A stretch of 64,000 nucleotides of DNA from Vicugna vicugna (lineage: Eukaryota). The stretch spans positions 4,624,976 to 4,688,975 of the forward strand of contig MU058065.1 of the NCBI GenBank assembly GCA_013265495.1. Direction: 5' to 3'. How positions within the stretch are numbered: position 1 is the stretch's first letter; each line of letters opens with the position of its first letter. Under the pieces are notes generated by a model. It saw only the letters and a program-made list of their open reading frames with translations. It did no database searches and was not told the origin of the DNA. A program made the translations under genes and the position numbers. This document shows positions 59,723 to 64,000 of this stretch, in pieces.

Positions 59723-61414
59723 ACAACAGTTCTGGGATCTTTATTAGTAGGGCCAGGTAGAAACATTTGCTCAGAGGGGCCGGCCTGATTATCAGCGATT
59801 GTTCACTGAATTTCCCCTTTTGTCTGGTACCACAGAGGACTTCTCCAGGGCATTAGCTGAAAATGCGTTTCACGTCTAAAGGCCAGAAGGTTCTTGTTAG
59901 CAATCATCCCTCAGCTACCTCAGGAGATAACAAAAAGCCCCTGCCTTTCCCCTGCTTCCAAGGACCCTTGATGGGACCCAAATGTTAGCACCTCACAGGA
60001 ATTGCTAAGAATTCAACAGGCCAGGTGAGGATGAAGGGATCCTTTCCTTAGGAAAACATGGTTTGGACATCAGCGTTTGTAAGGACCAGAGCTGAAAGGC
60101 CATGGTTTTAAAGCCATTCTTCTTATTATGACTCATAACACTTCTGTTCTAACCTCTCTTTAAAAAAACAATACTCTTTGACCCTCTGAAATTTGACACC
60201 GAGAAGCGGTTTTGTGGTTGGAAGGCAGAGATTTGCTTGAAGGGTTTTTCTTTCTCCCCATCTAGATTTCTTAGAAAGAAGAAGGCTGCTAGCTGCCCCA
60301 TTACAATCCGGGTTTAGAGAAATCGCCTTTGGCCCCCTCGCTGCCCCCTGAGGCCTGGTAATGGCCTCCGGCATTTGTTTCACTGTTTACCTTGCAGCAT
60401 TAGGCGCCCCCCAGGTCCCTGGCTGAAACCCCATCACATCTTCACTGATTTCTTTCTCTTCTCTTGATGGTACCTCTGGTCTGCAGACCACTTCGATTCC
60501 CTGATGTGCAGATTCAAAGGGAAGGGGAAAGGCTAGAGGAAGACGCTGAGCCCATGGGGACAAGAGGGAGCCCAGCTCTGCAGAGGCAGGTAGTCCAGTC
60601 CAGACTTCAGTGCAGAGGTGACCCTGATAGCTGGCAGGAAGTTCTCCACCACCAAAAGTCTCTCAGGATCTGGCATTGAGGCAAAAGTGAGGCATTAACT
60701 TACCCCCCAAACAGATAAGCTGCTCATTATCGGGCTTCCTTGGAAAGCGAGTTTGACAAGTTCACTATTTATACTGGGACCGTTGAGGTTTATTGGCAAG
60801 TTCAAAGGCATAATCCATTACTTCAAAGCAACTGCAAGTGAAAAGATGTTTAGCTATATTTTCACATGAGTGACGGAAATGCTCAAGAAGGCATGATTTT
60901 TTCCCAGGAAAAGGCCGAGGTTAGGCAGGCAACACTTGGGTTATATCAACTACTATTATACTGTGCAAAACTGCAAAGTAGGGAAATGTGTGCTTTGATT
61001 TGCCCCCTATTTTGGGCTGTACTCCTACTCGGCTGTATGTCTACCGACAAACTCAGAAACCTAGACCCAAAAACATTTTGTATAGATATACACACATTCC
61101 AAGTGTGCACATCCACACACGTACACGCTCTCCCCCACACACACCCACACACTTAAGAAAGCAAAGATGTTCACTCTCAAAGACTCATTGCATTCTGCCT
61201 CTCCCTTTTCCTATACAAATATTGAGGAAAAGGATAAGACATGTCAATCATCTTATAGCCAAGACATCAATCTCTCATACCTCTATTGGGATTATTTGCA
61301 TTTTAGGTCTTAAAAGAATCTGAAGAACTGACTTTTGTGCAGATGATGGTGGGATGGGGAGGCTGAACACGTGATAGCATAATGGGAGTGCTATGCCGAG
61401 GGATTACAGCTAGT

Positions 61415-61515
61415 CTGACACTGGCTGAATAGTTGACTTTGAACAAATGATATCCCCTCTCAGGCCTCAGTTTCCTCATCCGCAAAATGAGGGGCTTGAC
61501 ATAGTGTTCCCCAAT
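61415..61515 (+). mobile_element. MIR3/MIR core
   Basis: TGACTTTGAACAA.TGA...CCCTCTCAGGCCTCAGTTTCCTCATC.GCAAAATGAGGGG.TTG. Confidence 0.75.
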
Positions 61516-63174
61516 TTTCCTAACACATACCCCAAATGACAGAACAGAATGCTTAAGAAGCAGAGCCCCCACAGGCCAACACAAGCAAGATTTTCCTTTG
61601 GAATCTTACTTTCGTTGCAGAATCCAGCCAAATGTTGTGACCAACTCCATCATATTTAGGTGTATCATCAAAATGTATTTTTCCTTCTCAAATTTGCGGC
61701 AAATTTGATGCTGCAGGAAATCAATCCCTACCTGAAATCCTGTGGGCTTACAGATCCCGCTGGCATGCTCCCAGTTAGCCCTGGAGATATGCATAATCCA
61801 GCTTGAGAAGCAAGGAATTATTCTTGGATTTAGTATTCTCTGAGGTCTCACGGGTCTGTGGTTTTTGGTGATAGGCAATTAAAATAACACATTAACAGTT
61901 TACAGACACCAGCGCTCTGCTTTGGGCACATTAATATAGAAGTAAAGACTCTCAAGTCTTGGCTAGGCCAAGACTCCACTGTGGGCTCAAGGAGACCCTG
62001 TTGGGGTTGCTCAAAGGGGCTTAGAATCCAGCGATCTGTGAATAAAGGGTGATCCCATGGGCTCTTTGGACTTGTGACTTGTTTGGGAGATGTACAGACA
62101 CTGTAGCGAAGCAATTCCGTGATCTCTTGCCTTAGGGATCCCAGACAATCTTGTACCTACAGTAGATGCAGAACCACTGCAGAACTGGGTGATTTGGCGT
62201 CTAAAGCAGAACCATCGCAGACCTTGTCACAGAGATTATTGGCATATCACAGTGGGCCCGACTTTCAGATGCACTGAATCAGGCCTGGCCTCTGTCTAGA
62301 AGATGGGCCTGGAGTTCATGCCAGTTTGTAAAGACTGACCCAGGGCTCTGCTTCGAGAGCAGCCACTGTGGCCAGAAAGAAAGATGAATGACAGCCTGCA
62401 AAACACTTTTTGAGGCAACATTTAGTCAACTGGTCACACTGACTATTGCTGGGCCTTAAAAATGAATCGGCTTATTTTTCGTGTATTGTTGCATGTTTAA
62501 GGGGCAAAAAAACCTCAACCTAAAAATCTGTTATCTTTTTTTTTTTTAAATGAGATCTTGCTGAACAATAGCAGCTTTGCTAATGTTCTGTTTACATCAG
62601 AACTCTGTTTTTGAACAAAGAAAACGTGCGTACCCTGCGGGACTTTCTCTCACATTCCTGTTAACTCCAACTGCCACGCAGCCACCTGTATAATATCCTT
62701 AGAACTCCTGACGGGCCTGTCCGACTCTATAAAGTATATAGAAATCAACTTTCAGAGACAGCCAGAAACGGTTCACCCAGTAATCAACTCTGTAGGGACA
62801 TAGAAAAGTAGTAAATAAAAACCTTAAGTCAAGAGAAGCACATGATTAAGGAGATTAGGTTTCAAACATACAGGTTCTGGACTTTTGTAGGAGTAGGGAG
62901 GAAAAAACTTAAGGTGATGTGTTTTCAAGATGTGGGGGCTTTTATTTAACTCCGTAAGATAAATCACAAAATAGCAGGTCAAATTGAAAAGCCTACTGGC
63001 CCTTTGAATCTCCATTACACAAGACCATCGAACCTAGGTTAAAATCATAAATTGAGACAGTAGGGGCATGGAGATGGTTTGAGGAGGTGGTTTAATATTT
63101 CATTACTTTTCCAAGAGATGACTATCCCAAAGAGTCTGTGGACCCAAGCAAAAAACAAAATTGCTATTTTTGTG

Positions 63175-63300
63175 TGTTTTTTAAAATGCAGATTCTTGGA
63201 CCTCACCTTTTGACCAAGTGAATTTCTGGAAAGCCTAGGCATTGTATTTTTATCACTTCTCCAGCTGACTTTTTTAACCCCAAATTTTGAGAACCACTTC
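63175..63300. mobile_element. MER5A-like hAT MITE fragment
   Basis: TTAAAATGCAGATTCTTGGACCTCACC...GCCTAGG.AT.TGTATTTTTA...CTCCAG.TGA.TT...TTTGAGAACCACT. Confidence 0.75.
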
Positions 63301-64000
63301 GTTAGGAAATAAAAGTTTTCTGGATTTATGGAGAATGATGACAATTGGCTGCTTTCTTCAGAGGAACATTAGTAAGATTTCTTCCCAGTTGGACACTAAA
63401 TCAAGAGTTAATGGGCTTGGCAGGATAACAACAAGATGGAGGCAGGTTATCTTAAACTGATTTTTAAATATGACTCAACCATGTGATTTCCAAAGCAACC
63501 CGTGAAAGAAATTTTACCCCATAAATGTACGCCTGTGAAAATTGCAAAGTAACACTTGAAAGAAACAAGATTACTTTGGGAATCTGTATCCTGATTACAT
63601 GTCAAATTAACCAGGTAATTGCCGTATCCTGAGTTCCTAAATAGAAAATTGCTCTTTGTACTTCAAATGGTTTAGCGCTATGTTTAATTGACCTTCTTAA
63701 ATAGATTGGCTTGGTGATTCTTTCATTAAAAATCCCAATATTGTGATTACTTCTTTTTGAATTCTTTTACAGGGAAACTTAACCTGAAGCCAGCTACAGA
63801 TAGAGTTTGTTCAGAGTCAGCAAATAAAGAAATTAGAGAACCTCGTTTAGAATGAATGTTTGTCAAACATGGTAAAGCGAAAGATCATTCTGGAAATGGG
63901 AAAGAAAATAACATTGAATGGTAGAAAGTATTAGAGCGAATTCCCAACCCTGGGATTCATGTCTCTGTGACAAGTCACATATCGTTTCTTTGTGTCAATT

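Noticed and set aside
1..64000. CRISPR array, prokaryote-style operon or novel multi-gene system
   Set aside because: The sequence is eutherian non-coding DNA. I see no regularly spaced repeat-spacer array, no long ORFs and no compositionally foreign segment.

Overview
This is AT-rich mammalian non-coding DNA, very probably from a camelid (alpaca, llama or camel). The evidence is three tRNA-derived SINEs of the camelid Vic-1 type (GGGGAGGGTATAGCTCAGTGGTAGAGTGCATGCTTAGCATGCA...GGGTTCAATCCCCAG) and cetartiodactyl-type L1 3' ends. I find no supportable protein-coding exon, RNA gene or CRISPR-like array. The only ORFs with recognisable homology are decayed LINE-1 ORF2 fragments (around 15.2-15.4 kb and 23.4-24.2 kb, minus strand). 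A large share of the window is interspersed repeat: L1, L2, MIR, MaLR/MLT1 and ERV1 solo LTRs, and hAT MITEs (MER53, MER33, MER5). Several are nested and have readable target-site duplications (TSDs). L1 fragments lie on both strands, which fits an intergenic region or gene desert better than the intron of a transcribed gene. The unique sequence carries many AP-1 sites and several CpG-retaining motif clusters that look like enhancers or cryptic promoters. I did not find a convincing previously undescribed biological system. The best leads are the nested transposon stack, L1 truncation near a G-rich tract, a CpG-rich old LTR and the candidate regulatory modules. Repeat family names come from my recollection of consensus sequences, not from a search, and boundaries without a TSD are approximate.
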